64,000 bases of DNA, taken from NCBI GenBank assembly GCA_964016885.1, contig OZ024751.1, positions 47,430,001 through 47,494,000 of the forward strand, given 5' to 3'. Source of the stretch: Eledone cirrhosa (lineage: Eukaryota). Under the pieces are notes generated by a model, which was not told the origin of the DNA, ran no database searches, and was given only the letters and a program-made list of their open reading frames with translations. Numbering within the stretch: the first letter of the stretch is position 1; every line of letters starts with the position of its first letter. The translations under genes and the position numbers were made by a program. Positions 26,550 through 39,390 of the stretch are shown here, piece after piece.

Positions 26550-29500
26550 TCAGGATTTGGGCACCATGGCCCATTCGAGAAGAGAATTACTGTTTGCGGA
26601 GACATATCCGGGTGTGGGTGGTTTGTCCGGGATTACTTGGAGGAATTTGTCCAAAGACTTCTTGAATTTTGAGTGGTCAGTTTCTGTTTTGACGTGTCCT
26701 GGTGTGATGTTGAAGAGAGCAGGGCCGATTGAGGTGAAATAATTGTGCCGTATTGTTGTTATGAGTTGCGATTTAGATTTTTGAATGGGACGGATAGCAC
26801 GGGGCCCAAGCCTTGGGTGTATCTTGAAGGCGATGCCAACATCATTTGGGCAGTGATGATGGAACATTTTCCACATCATGCAGATAATATAACGCTCACG
26901 GCGACGTTGGAGTGAGTAAAGTTTCAGGTTTTCCAATCGACCCCAGTAGTCAAGGTCTGACATGCCATCTATCTTTTTCGTGATTGCCCTTTGAGGAGCT
27001 TCAAGTTTCATGATACTTTGTTTCGTGTGGGGAGACCACAGTGGACAACAGTATTCAAGGTGTGGTCGGGCGAAAGTAGAGAAGAGAAGGATAATGGTGC
27101 GGGAATCTCTCGACTGGAAGGTTCTGAGGATCCAGGAACACATTCTGCGGGCCATGTCAACTTTGCTGCTTATATGCGTGGTCCAGCTTATGTTGCTGTC
27201 CACGGTTACTCCCAAGTCTCTGATGTTGTTAGATGCCACGAGAGTTTCCCCGGAGGGAAGGGAGTACGGGAGTTTCAGAGCATCCTCTTTTCCAAAGTGG
27301 ATCAGTTCGAATTTGTCCTCGTTCAGTAACATGTTGTTCTTTTCTGCCCATTGGGTAACAGCCAGTAGGTCTGACTGAAGGCTTATCCGGTCATCCACGC
27401 CATTGATGACCTTTTGGAGCTTGGAATCATCAGCGAAAATTTTAATGTTGCTGTGTTTGATGATGTCAGTGATGTCATTAATATAGATGATGAAGAGAAG
27501 TGGGCCCAACACAGTGCCTTGTGGGACTCCACTACTGACTTTGGCTGGGCTTGATTTGACTCCCTCAACTACAACATGTTGGGTTCTGTTTGACAGGAAG
27601 CTCTTGATCCACTGCAGCAGCTTTCCAGTGACACCAATATTGGACAGCTTTCTCAGTAGAATGTTATGATCAACCCTGTCAAAGGCCTTGCTGAAATCAA
27701 GGTAGATAACATCAGTGTTGGAACCCTCTCCCAAGGCTCTCAAAATGTCATCAAAGTGATGCAGTAGTTGCGTCAGGCAATCCCTTCCATTACGGAATCC
27801 ATGCTGGTTGGAGTTCAGCATATTGTTACTCTCAAGGAAGTGGGTCATTCGCGATCTCACCACTCGCTCAAATACCTTAATGATATGAGAGGTGAGTGAG
27901 ATTGGACGGTAATTCACGGCAAGGGATTTGTTTCCCTTTTTGAAAACTGGGACAACAGACTGGGATAGAAGGTTTTCTGGCACATATCCAGCATCCAGTG
28001 AGTTCCGCCACAGATTGGCAAGAGGAGAAGCAAGTTGGTGTTGACACGCCTTCAGGACACAAGCAGGGAACCTATCGGGACCTACTGCTGAATTATGCTT
28101 GATTTCCTTTATTGCCGCCAAGACATCAGGGGCGCCAAACGTTATGTCCGATAAGGTGTAATGGGGAGTAACATCGCCGATACAGCCCAGATCGGCCATA
28201 TCAGGATTGCTGAAAACAGAGCAGTATTGTTTCTGCAGTATCTCACCCATGGTTTTAGCATTGTCTTGAAGAGTGCCATTTTCATCAATTAGAGGGCCAA
28301 CAGTAGAGCCAGTGATTTTGTGTTTTTTTGCAAATGAAAAGAACACTTTGGGATTGAGTTTGATCTTCTCAATGGCCCAGGCCTCTTCAGCTCTTCTCTG
28401 ATTGTTGATGAGGGACATTATGTTGTTTTGGAGGTTATGTTTTTTAATCTCTAGTGATGAAATGGCAGTCAAGTTGATGTGTTGCTGCTGACAGTATTTC
28501 AGCTTGTTGATTTTTTTGTTCGTTCTCTTAATTTTTCTGATGAGCGTTTTTCTATTTCTAGGGATTCTGCTCTTAGATTTGTTTATAGTTCTTAATGGGG
28601 TGTGTTTAGCACATATGTTTGTAACAGTGTCCACAAATGTCTGCCAGGACTTTTTGATGTTAGTGGGTGTATGAGTGTGCGTGAAGGACCAGTCGACATG
28701 TGCAAGATCATGACTGATCGCTTCCCAGTTTGCATTGTGGAAATCCATAGCGTCAAACGGATGGACAGGAGAGATGACATTGGGTTTGTATATTGGACGG
28801 TGGAATCTCAGATCACAGAGAACCATGTCATGATCAGAGAGTAGAGTTTTCTCCACTGCAATATTGTGGATATTGTCAGTGTGATTGCTGAAAATTAAGT
28901 CTAGGACGTTTTTGTGGCACCTCGTTGGTTCGAGCACTAGTTGGGATAGGAAGAAATCATCCATGGAGTCAAGAAGTGATTCCACAGCTTCCCTGTCAGA
29001 GGTTGAGGCGGAAGAACCTGGTGGCAGGGTGTTTGTGGACCAGTCAACTCCGGGGAGGTTGAAGTCCCCCATCATTAAGATGTTGTCAGGGTGACACTCT
29101 TGGATGAAACACTTTATGCTGTTGAGGCATTCCTTGAAGCATGGTACAGGCGTTTGGGGTGGCCAATAGAGCCCAACTACTAATAGGTTGTTGGTTTGAC
29201 TGAATACAGTGACTGCCTCACAGTATCCATTAGTGAATATGTTCATAGCCTCTGTTGAGAAAGAATTATGGACATAAATGGCAGTTCCGCCCTTTCTTCT
29301 GCCAGCGCGATCAGCACGGATGGCTTTGAAATTTTTCACTTTCACCTCGGCTTCCAAGTGGAGGTTACTGAGATGGGTTTCAGTGAGGACGAAGAAAGGG
29401 ATGTGGTTTGGATGGACATCAATCCAGTCCTCCAGGAATTTGATCTTCCATTTTTGAGTATTGGTGGAAGGGCTGATGCCTTGGGCGTTAAGCAAAAATG

Positions 29501-29570
29501 TAGAGGCGAGAGTGGATGGTTTTAATTGTTTTGGTGTGTTGTTAATTTGTTTGTTTGTTAATGGCAGCAA
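26550..29570 (-). CDS. LINE ORF2: APE endonuclease plus reverse transcriptase (1006 aa)
   Basis: [19 protein letters not shown]; [37 protein letters not shown]; start codon is TTG, not ATG. Confidence 0.92.
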   Translation of the reverse strand: MLPLTNKQINNTPKQLKPSTLASTFLLNAQGISPSTNTQKWKIKFLEDWIDVHPNHIPFFVLTETHLSNLHLEAEVKVKNFKAIRADRAGRRKGGTAIYVHNSFSTEAMNIFTNGYCEAVTVFSQTNNLLVVGLYWPPQTPVPCFKECLNSIKCFIQECHPDNILMMGDFNLPGVDWSTNTLPPGSSASTSDREAVESLLDSMDDFFLSQLVLEPTRCHKNVLDLIFSNHTDNIHNIAVEKTLLSDHDMVLCDLRFHRPIYKPNVISPVHPFDAMDFHNANWEAISHDLAHVDWSFTHTHTPTNIKKSWQTFVDTVTNICAKHTPLRTINKSKSRIPRNRKTLIRKIKRTNKKINKLKYCQQQHINLTAISSLEIKKHNLQNNIMSLINNQRRAEEAWAIEKIKLNPKVFFSFAKKHKITGSTVGPLIDENGTLQDNAKTMGEILQKQYCSVFSNPDMADLGCIGDVTPHYTLSDITFGAPDVLAAIKEIKHNSAVGPDRFPACVLKACQHQLASPLANLWRNSLDAGYVPENLLSQSVVPVFKKGNKSLAVNYRPISLTSHIIKVFERVVRSRMTHFLESNNMLNSNQHGFRNGRDCLTQLLHHFDDILRALGEGSNTDVIYLDFSKAFDRVDHNILLRKLSNIGVTGKLLQWIKSFLSNRTQHVVVEGVKSSPAKVSSGVPQGTVLGPLLFIIYINDITDIIKHSNIKIFADDSKLQKVINGVDDRISLQSDLLAVTQWAEKNNMLLNEDKFELIHFGKEDALKLPYSLPSGETLVASNNIRDLGVTVDSNISWTTHISSKVDMARRMCSWILRTFQSRDSRTIILLFSTFARPHLEYCCPLWSPHTKQSIMKLEAPQRAITKKIDGMSDLDYWGRLENLKLYSLQRRRERYIICMMWKMFHHHCPNDVGIAFKIHPRLGPRAIRPIQKSKSQLITTIRHNYFTSIGPALFNITPGHVKTETDHSKFKKSLDKFLQVIPDKPPTPGYVSANSNSLLEWAMVPKS

Positions 29571-30736
29571 TGGGAGTTTGTGCAGTGGGGTGATAGTGGA
29601 GGGTGGTGCTGGGTGATAGCTCGAATGTTTTTTTCCAGTTCTTTTGCCAGATTCATTATGGCTAAAAAAGAGGAAGAAGTTTCCTGTTTAGAAGACTGTT
29701 GGTGACTGTGGTAGTGGTTATTTTTATGTAGGTTATGGTTTTTGTTTTTGCTTTTATTTTTAATTTTATTTTCACTTATCCGACGGGTCCCCGGGAGATG
29801 GGTAAAGGGACAATCCCGGTCTAAACACAATCTGTCTCGCAGGGAAAAACGGCAGATTTGTGGATTCCTTGTTTGAGTTATTGGTGGTTGTGTTGGTGTT
29901 AAATTAGAGTATGTATTATGGTGGTGGCTGTTTGTGGGGATAGATCGTTTTGTCCTAGGTAAATGGGTGAATTTGCAGCCACTATCCGTACATATTCTAT
30001 AGCGTAGAGAGTAGCGGCAAATGATGGGGTTTCGAGTGGGTGGGTATGTGGGTGTGGGTGTTGTGAGAGGTGTAGATGATTGTTTGGGTAGGATTTGACG
30101 ACCTTTGTGGACTGTGGGAGGGAGAGTTCTTGTTCTGGTATTAGAAGGTAAATTCCTTGACATAGCAGTAGACAAAAATGTTGTAGTAGTAGTAGTAGTA
30201 GTAGTAGGCAGAGATGTTGGCAGTGGTGATGATTGGACTGCTGGGCCAGAGAAAGGATGTGGCGTTTCATGCTGTGAGACAGAGGCTACTGGGGGGTCAA
30301 TAGTTTCATTTAGTAGATCGGCCATTGTTGATGAATCAAGGAGTGGTTCACACTGTTGTTGTCGTTGTTGTTGTTGTTGCTGTTGTTGATGTTGTTGTTG
30401 TAGCTGTTGTTGATGTTGTTGTTGTAGCTGTTGTTGTTGTTGCTGTTGTAGCTGCTGTTGTTGTTGTTGCTGCTGCTGGACAGCATTCGAAGAGAAAACA
30501 CACCGTAGTTTATCCAAATGTTTATTGATTAATTTAAAAGCAATTTCGATTTGCTTTAATTTATTTTGAATCTGTTGTTCAGATCGAGTTTTCAAAAATT
30601 GAACTGTACGTTTAGCAATGTCGTTCAGAGATGAAGCATCTATATTTTCTGTTTGGGAAAGGCAATGCCATGTGTTTATTAGAATGTCGATTTCATTATC
30701 AGACCAGTTCTGTTTGGATTTTTGCTGGTTAGCCAT
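29558..30736 (-). CDS. LINE ORF1: Myb/SANT-like N-terminus, poly-Q, two CCCH zinc fingers
   Basis: NWSDNEIDILINTW...RSEQQIQNKLK; CRYSLRYRICTDSGCKFTH and CRFSLRDRLCLDRDCPFTH. Confidence 0.8.
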   Translation of the reverse strand: MANQQKSKQNWSDNEIDILINTWHCLSQTENIDASSLNDIAKRTVQFLKTRSEQQIQNKLKQIEIAFKLINKHLDKLRCVFSSNAVQQQQQQQQQLQQQQQQQLQQQHQQQLQQQHQQQQQQQQRQQQCEPLLDSSTMADLLNETIDPPVASVSQHETPHPFSGPAVQSSPLPTSLPTTTTTTTTTFLSTAMSRNLPSNTRTRTLPPTVHKGRQILPKQSSTPLTTPTPTYPPTRNPIICRYSLRYRICTDSGCKFTHLPRTKRSIPTNSHHHNTYSNLTPTQPPITQTRNPQICRFSLRDRLCLDRDCPFTHLPGTRRISENKIKNKSKNKNHNLHKNNHYHSHQQSSKQETSSSFLAIMNLAKELEKNIRAITQHHPPLSPHCTNSHCCH

Positions 30737-30745
30737 TCTAGTTTT

Positions 30746-31216
30746 GAGTGTGTGTGTGTTTTAGTTAAGTATTTCAATATATATATATATTTTTTTTAAA
30801 ATTTATTTTTGATTTATTTTTGTTTTTTGTTTTTCTTGTGTGTGAGTGAGAAGCGTATATATATAAATATGAGTATATATATATATATATATGTATATTC
30901 TGGTTATTTGAAATTAATTAAGTTAATGAAAAGACGAAAGTATATAATAATAATTTGTAGTTAAAGGAAAATGTACTCACAAGTTCGTGTGTGTGTGTTT
31001 TAGTTAAGTATTTCAATATATATATATTTTTTTTTAATTTATTTTTGATTTATTTTTGTTTTTCTTGTGTGTGAGTGAGAAGCGTATATATATAAATATG
31101 AGTATATATATATATATATATGTATATTCTGGTTATTTGAAATTAATTAAGTTAATGAAAAGACGAAAGTATATAATAATAATTTGTAGTTAAAGGAAAA
31201 TGTACTCACAAGTTCG
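30746..31216. repeat. Two tandem ~235-bp units upstream of ORF1
   Basis: 30746-30986 is nearly identical to 30987-31216. Confidence 0.9.
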
Positions 31217-31465
31217 AAAACACGTGGTTTCAAATATATAATAATATAGATGTATGAAAAATGTATTAACCGGTCAATTTTCAAATATATAATAATATAG
31301 ATGTATGAAAATGTATTAACCGGTCAATTTTTGTTTGTTTGGTTTTGTATGTTGTTTTATATATATATATATATATACATATATATATACACATATATAT
31401 ATATATATATATATATATTCATATGTATATATATATATATATATAAATATACATACATATATATA

Positions 31466-31597
<132 letters not shown>

Positions 31598-31631
31598 TAT
31601 ATAAATATATATTATATATACATACATACAG

Positions 31632-31697
<66 letters not shown>

Positions 31698-31904
31698 TGT
31701 AATTCTAATCTCGTCTCATCCTTCCTCTCTTTTTCCTCTACATCCCCCTCCTCCTCCCCCCTCCCATTATTCCTCTTCTGGAGATATAAATATATTTCTA
31801 TGAAATATGACTTTATTAATAGAACAGAGTGGAGTAAATTGAAATGAATTGAAAACCAAGCAACAGTAATTTTAACGTGGACTGTAGAGAACACAACAGT
31901 GCAT

Positions 31905-34900
31905 TGTGTTGGTAGTAGTATGTTGTAGTGGTATGTTGTAGTGGTATGTTGTAGTGGTGTGTTGTAGTGGTATGTTGTAGTGGTGTGTTGTAGTGGTGTG
32001 TTGTAGTGGTGTGTTGTAGTGGTGTGTTGTAGTGGTGTGTTGTAGTGGTGTGTTGTAGTGGTGTGTTGTAGTGGTGTGTTGTAGTGGTATGTTGTAGTGG
32101 TATGTTGTAGTGGTGTGTTGTAGTGGTATGTTGTAGTGGTATGTTGTAGTGGTGTGTTGTAGTGGTGTATTGTAGTGGTATATGTTGTAGTGGTATGTTG
32201 TAGTGGTGTGTTGTAGTGGTATGTTGTAGTGGTATGTTGTAGTGGTGTGTTGTAGTGGTATGTTGTAGTGGTGTGTTGTAGTGGTGTGTTGTAGTGGTGT
32301 GTTGTAGTGGTGTGTTGTAGTAGTATGTTGTAGTGGTGTGTTGTAGTGGTGTGTTGTAGTGGTATGTTGTAGTGGTGTGTTGTAGTGGTATGTTGTAGTG
32401 GTATGTTGTAGTGGTGTATTGTAGTGGTATATGTTGTAGTGGTGTGTTGTAGTAGTATGTTGTAGTGGTATGTTGTAGTGGTATGTTGTAGTGGTGTGTT
32501 GTAGTGGTATGTTGTAGTGGTGTGTTGTAGTGGTGTGTTGTAGTGGTGTGTTGTAGTGGTGTGTTGTAGTGGTGTGTTGTAGTGGTGTGTTGTAGTGGTA
32601 TGTTGTAGTGGTATGTTGTAGTGGTATGTGTTGTAGTGGTGTATTGTAGTGGTATATGTTGTAGTGGTATGTTGTAGTGGTGTGTTGTAGTGGTATGTTG
32701 TAGTGGTATGTTGTAGTGGTGTGTTGTAGTGGTATGTTGTAGTGGTGTGTTGTAGTGGTGTGTTGTAGTGGTGTGTTGTAGTGGTGTGTTGTAGTAGTAT
32801 GTTGTAGTGGTGTGTTGTAGTGGTGTGTTGTAGTGGTATGTTGTAGTGGTGTGTTGTAGTGGTATGTTGTAGTGGTATGTTGTAGTGGTGTATTGTAGTG
32901 GTATATGTTGTAGTGGTGTGTTGTAGTAGTATGTTGTAGTGGTATGTTGTAGTGGTATGTTGTAGTGGTGTGTTGTAGTGGTATGTTGTAGTGGTGTGTT
33001 GTAGTGGTGTGTTGTAGTGGTGTGTTGTAGTGGTATGTTGTAGTGGTGTGTTGTAGTGGTGTGTTGTAGTGGTGTGTTGTAGTGGTGTGTTGTAGTGGTA
33101 TGTTGTAGTGGTATGTTGTAGTGGTATGTGTTGTAGTGGTGTATTGTAGTGGTATATGTTGTAGTGGTATGTTGTAGTGGTGTGTTGTAGTGGTATGTTG
33201 TAGTGGTATGTTGTAGTGGTGTGTTGTAGTGGTATGTTGTAGTGGTGTGTTGTAGTGGTGTGTTGTAGTGGTGTGTTGTAGTGGTGTGTTGTAGTAGTAT
33301 GTTGTAGTGGTGTGTTGTAGTGGTGTGTTGTAGTGGTATGTTGTAGTGGTGTGTTGTAGTGGTATGTTGTAGTGGTATGTTGTAGTGGTGTATTGTAGTG
33401 GTATATGTTGTAGTGGTGTGTTGTAGTAGTATGTTGTAGTGGTATGTTGTAGTGGTATGTTGTAGTGGTGTGTTGTAGTGGTATGTTGTAGTGGTGTGTT
33501 GTAGTGGTGTGTTGTAGTGGTGTGTTGTAGTGGTGTGTTGTAGTGGTATGTGTTGTAGTGGTGTGTTGTAGTGGTATGTTGTATTGGTATGTTGTTGTGG
33601 TATGTTGTAGTTGTGTGTTGTTGTGGTACGTTGTAGTGGTATGTTGTAGTGGTATGTTGTAGTGGTATGTGGTAGTGGTGTGTTGTTGTGGTATATGTTG
33701 TAGTGGTATGTTGTAGTGGTGTGTTGTAGTGGTATGTTGTAGTGGTGTGTTGTAGTGGTGTGTTGTAGTGGTATGTTGTAGTGGTGTGTTGTAGTGGTAT
33801 ATGTTGTAGTGGTATGTTGTAGTGGTGTGTTGTAGTAGTATGTTGTAGTGGTATGTTGTAGTGGTATGTTGTAGTGGTGTGTTGTAGTGGTATGTTGTAG
33901 TGGTATGTTGTAGTGGTGTGTAGTAGTGGTATGTTGTTGTGGTATGTTGTAGTGGTATGTTGTAGTGGTGTGTTGTAGTGGTATATGTTGTAGTGGTATG
34001 TTGTAGTGGTATGTTGTATTGGTGTGTTGTTGTGGTATGTTGTAGTGGTGTGTTGTTGTGGTACGTTGTAGTGGTATGTTGTAGTGGTATGTTGTAGTGG
34101 TATGTTGTAGTGGTGTGTTGTTGTGGTATATGTTGTAGTGGTATGTTGTAGTGGTGTGTTGTAGTGGTATGTTGTAGTGGTATGTTGTAGTGGTGTGTAG
34201 TAGTGGTATATTGTAGTGGTGTATGTAGTGGTATATTGTAGTGCTATATTGTAGTGGTATATTATAGTGGTGTATGTAGTGGTATATTATAGTGGTATAT
34301 TGTAGTGGTATATTGTAGTGGTATATTGTAGTGGTATATTGTAGTGGTATATTGTAGTGGTATATTATAGTGGTACATTGCAGTGGTATATGTTGTAGTG
34401 GTATGTTGTATTGTGGTGGTATAGTGTAGTGGTATACTGTAGTGGTATATTATAGTGGTATATCATAGTGGTTCATTGCAGTGGTATATTGCAGTTGTAT
34501 ATGTTGTAGTGGTATGTTGCATCGTGGTGGTATATGTAGTGGTATATCGAAGTGGTATATTAAACTGGTGTATATTAAAGTGGTGTACTTTATTTCTGAT
34601 ATACCACTACATTGTAGTGGTATATTGCTGTGGTATGTTGTAGTGGTGTGTTGTAGTGGTGTATGTAGTGGTATATTGTAGTGGTATATTGTAGTGGTAT
34701 ATTATAGTTGTGTATGTAGTGGTATATTGTAGTGGTATATTGTAGTGGTATATTATAGTTGTATATTGTAGTGGTATATTGTAGTGGTATATTGTAGTGG
34801 TGTATGTAGTGATATATTGTAGTGGTATATTGTAGTGGTATATTATACTGGTGTATGTAGTGGTATATTATAGTGGTATATTGTAGTGGTATATTGTAGT

Positions 34901-35560
34901 GGTATATTGTAGTGGTATATTGTAGTGGTATATTATAGTGGTACATTGCAGTGGTATATGTTGTAGTGGTATGTTGTATTGTGGTGGTATAGTGTAGTGG
35001 TATACTGTAGTGGTATATTATAGTGGTATATCATAGTGGTTCATTGCAGTGGTATATTGCAGTTGTATATGTTGTAGTGGTATGTTGCATCGTGGTGGTA
35101 TATGTAGTGGTATATCGAAGTGGTATATTAAACCGGTGTATATTAAAGTGGTGTACTTTATTTCTGATATACCACTACATTGTAGTGGTATATTGCTGTG
35201 GTATATGTTGTAGTGGTATATTGCTGTGGTATATGTAGTGGTATATCGAAGTGGTATATTAAACCGGTGTATATTAAAGTGGTGTACTTTATTTCTGATA
35301 TACCACTACATTGTAGTGGTATATTGCTGTGGTATATGTTGAAGTGGTATATTGCTGTGGTATATGTAGTGGTATATCGAAGTGGTATATTAAACCGGTG
35401 TATATTAAAGTGGTGTACTTTATTTCTGATATACCACTACATTGTAGTGGTATATTGCTGTGGTATATGTTGAAGTGGTATATTGCTGTGGTATATGTAG
35501 TGGTATATCGAAGTGGTATATTAAACCGGTGTATATTAAAGTGGTGTACTTTATTTCTGA
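31905..35560. repeat. 13-bp G/T-strand satellite grading into 568-bp and 131-bp higher-order repeats
   Basis: TGTTGTAGTGGT(A/G) to ~34200, then TATTGTAGTGGTA; TATATCGAAG at 35111, 35242, 35373, 35504. Confidence 0.95.
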
Positions 35561-36114
35561 CACCCTCCAACTGTAATCTATTATTTACATACAAAACACA
35601 GTACCTCGCCATTCTAAACTATGTCTTATAACAAAACCGGTGACATTTACATATTCATCTCAGTAATTCTATTTACCTGTTATTATTTCAGCAAACCTTT
35701 TATTACTGGAATTATCTACTATAAGACTCTTGACGAATTCCTTCAGAGCCAGGAGAAGTTACAAATATTTTTAAACGGTGAGATATCCATAATACACATC
35801 GGGTCGGTTTATATTCTACTCCAGGTTTAAATATGTGTTAAGTATTATAATAATATGTTGGAAACTTGACGAAGATTTCATGTTCTTGCAATAAATATCG
35901 TGGAGTTAATGGTTTTCTTGGTTGACAATTCATTTCAAAGACATTTACTTAGTATTGCTTTGTCTATATAATTTAGTCTTGTGTGAGAAATATATATTGT
36001 TATAGGTTTAGAGTCACACTTTATGTATGTATGTATGTATGTATGTATGTATGTATGTATGTATGTATGTATGTATGTATGTATGTATGTATGTATGTAT
36101 GTATGTATGTATGT

Positions 36115-36756
36115 TGGAGAAGGAAAACTCTGATATAACACCTGTATGTCAGGTCACCAGTTGGTGCTACTGGTAACATGTATCCCAGTACAACCTGTCC
36201 CATGGTCGGGTCGTTGGCGACTAAACTGGCAACCCCACCAAGGTTTCTTGGTGAGGAGGGTGACTTTGGACATCCTGCAGGACTAAAAACAAAACCTGTC
36301 AAAGGGCAAAGGAGCTCTTAAGAGTCAATGGCCATCCAAAATCACCGGGAGAGATGACCCCTTAGCCTTTGTCAAGGCAGAATTCTAGGAGAAGGAAAAC
36401 TCTGATATAACACCTGCAACCCTGATGGTATCCAATGATGTTGACTTGTTCTTCTTTTTGGTAAATATCATCTTGGTTAAGAGAGTGGGACTGGCTTTGT
36501 GCAGTGCCTTTGCTCACTATAAAAGCTTCACGGCACAGGCATTGCTTTATATCTGGAGATCTCTCTGCACTTGTCGTCACATGGTACCATGGGCCCAGCA
36601 CTATGTGTCAGTAATTGTCACAAGTGTAGTGTTTGTACCAGAGTTTTCAAGTCGCTGGCTGGACTAAAAAGTCACACTCGTTCAGCGCATCGGTAGGGGT
36701 TCTCCTACATGGATATAAAGTAGTGGCCGTACTCGAAAACGAGTTGGCAGCCACCA
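36115..36756 (+). mobile_element. Non-autonomous RTE-5'UTR-like/SINE element in (TATG)n
   Basis: GGAGAAGGAAAACTCTGAT..AACACCTG occurs twice; related copy at 25405-25603; (TATG)n on both sides. Confidence 0.5.
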
Positions 36757-36843
36757 TGTATGTATGTATGTATGTATGTATGTATGTATGTATGTATCTG
36801 TCTGTCTTTCTATCCATACATCCATCTATCTAATCATCCATCC

Positions 36844-36890
<47 letters not shown>

Positions 36891-36891
<1 letters not shown>

Positions 36892-37862
36892 GGCACACCG
36901 AGTGTGCCCAGGCACTCACGGCTCTCTGGCAGGCGGACCCGGCTGTCAGTGGAGAATCCACCTCGTCATTCTATAGAGGGCTGGTGGTTAGCAGGTGCGA
37001 CGACGCCCTCGGAGAAGCCCTAGGCATGGAGGAAGACGAACTGGCCAACCTGTTCGGTAGGACATTCAGCCCGGGACCCATGGATAACTTCCAGTGGTCC
37101 CTGGCCTGGCAATGCTACAGAAGGGCTCTGCCCGTTCGAGAAAGGCTCTACAGACACGGGCGCCCGGGTAGGGACCCATCGAAAAAGATCTGTCCCAGAT
37201 GCGTGTGCGACGAGGAAACCGTTGCACACGCATTGGTACACTGCTCGGGCATTGCCGATCTGTGGGGTTATGTCGAACAACTGCTGTCAAGGGTGGGACC
37301 AATCCGGTTGACCACCGAGTCTATTGTAACGATCAAGCCGCCTCCCCTCTTCAAAAACGAAGGAGAGGCGGTGTTTCTGTGCGTAATAGCCATGGCGAAA
37401 GAGGTTGTATGGTGGACGCGTCTGAAAGGACTGAGGTCAGACACCTTTCTCTCTGGCCAACAACTGGTCCGTTTCTTCCGATATCATTTCGGAAGAAGGA
37501 TCAGGATGGAGAGAGAGGTGCTGCACCCCAGCCGTTTCTATGAAAGATGGGTGAAAGTGGCGAGAATGGCCCGTGTGAATGGGCTTTCACTCTACATCAG
37601 ACTATAGGTGAGGAAGATGAAAGACCAAGGGAGCACCCCTTCTCTGTGCTCCTGAGGAGAAGGGTTGCACACTTTTTTCGGGGGTGTGTGCGACCCCCAA
37701 GGCGCCTCCTCTCTATTGAGGACTTTGTTATAAATTTTATTTTTTGTTATATTTTATTTTTATATATTGTTATTGCCTCCTCCTTATTGAGGACGCCTTG
37801 TTTTGTAAACTCCCCCCATTGTACTTGTCCCACTTTTGATGCCCTGGTGGCAAATAAAAGAA

Positions 37863-37863
<1 letters not shown>
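36891..37863 (+). mobile_element. Tx1 LINE 3' copy A
   Basis: zf-RVT ORF 36984-37607; 3'UTR; (CTAT)n flanks. Confidence 0.9.
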
Positions 37864-37959
<96 letters not shown>

Positions 37960-37960
<1 letters not shown>

Positions 37961-38603
37961 GGCAGTGCGAGACGAAGAAACCGTCGCACACCCATTCATA
38001 CACTGCCCGGGCGTTACCGACCTGTGGGGCTACGTAGAACGACTATTGTCGCGGGTGGGACCAATCCGGTTGAACACCGAGTCCATTGTCATGAATCCGC
38101 CACCCTCCTTCAAAAATGAAGGAGAGGCGGTTTTCCTTTGTGTGATAGCTATGGCGAAAGAGGTTGTATGGTGGACAAGGTTGAAAGGGCTGAGGTCAGA
38201 CACCTTTCTCTCCGGCCAACAACTGATTCTTTTTTTCAAATACCACCTTGGAAGAAGAATCAGGATGGAGAGAGAAGTGCTGTACCCCAGCAAGTTTTAT
38301 GAAAGGTGGGTGAAAGTGGCGAGAATGGCCCGAGTGAATGGGCCTTCTCTCGATATCAGCCTGTAGGTTGAGGAAAAAGAGAAAGAGAGGAAAGGGGTAC
38401 TCACTCTTCGTACTCCTGGAGATGAGGGTTGCACATTTTTTCGGGGGTATGTGTTACCCATATGTAATGTCTCCTCCTATTGGGGAAAATCGATTAATTT
38501 TTAAATTGCATTTATGATAGTATTTTACACAGTTTTATTGTATGTAAACTTCCCCCTTTGTATTTGTCCCCTTCTTTTGTGCCCCTGTGGCTAATAAAGA
38601 AAC
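37960..38603 (+). mobile_element. Tx1 LINE 3' copy B
   Basis: Homologous C-terminus; different 3'UTR; internal deletion near the 5' end. Confidence 0.9.
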
Positions 38604-38618
38604 ATATCTATCTATTTA

Positions 38619-39351
38619 TGGCAGTGCTACAGAGGCGCTCTACCCGTTCGTGACAAGATCTACAGGCACGGACGCCCCGGCAGGGATCCTTCCAAGAGGA
38701 CGTGTCCAAGATGCGGGCAGGTCACTGAAACAGTCCTGCACTCAATTGTGCACTACCCGGGCGTAACCGGCCTGTGGAACTACGCGGAACAACTGCTGTC
38801 GCGTATGGGACAAATCCAGTTGACTGCCGCATCCATAGTAAGGATCAAACCGCCAACTTCTTTCAAAAACGAAAGAGAGGCGGTTTTCCTCTGTATAGTG
38901 GCTATGGTAAAATAGGTTATATGGTGGACGAGATTGAGAGGACTTAGTACAGATGCCTTTCTCTCCGGACAACAACTCATTCCCTTCTTTAGATACCACT
39001 TTAGAAGGAGAAAGAGTAGAGAGAGAGAGGTACTGCACCCCAGTAAATTTACTGAAAGGTGGGTGAATGTGGAAAAAATGGCCCGAGTGATTGGGCCTTC
39101 TTTGTATATAAACCTGTAGGTTGAAGAAGAGATCAAAAGGAAGAAAGGAGTACTTGCACAACACGCTCCTGAAGTTGAGGGTCGTTCTATCGACGGGGTA
39201 TTAAACAACCCATTTGTGGTGCCTCCCCCCTATTGGAGATTTTGATTGTTATATTTGTTTGTTTCATATTTTTACACGATTGTATGTAAAATCCCCGGCA
39301 TGTCTTTGTTTTGTCCCCTTTTCTTGTGCGCCCTTGTGATTAATAAAGAAA
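38619..39351 (+). mobile_element. Tx1 LINE 3' copy C (decayed)
   Basis: WQCYRGALPVRDKIYRHG...CPRC; in-frame stop. Confidence 0.9.
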
Positions 39352-39390
39352 TCTATCTATCTATCTATCTATTTACCCATCTATCTATCT

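Noticed and set aside
31905-34400. Telomere
   Set aside because: The array is interstitial with a 13-bp unit and no TTAGGG.
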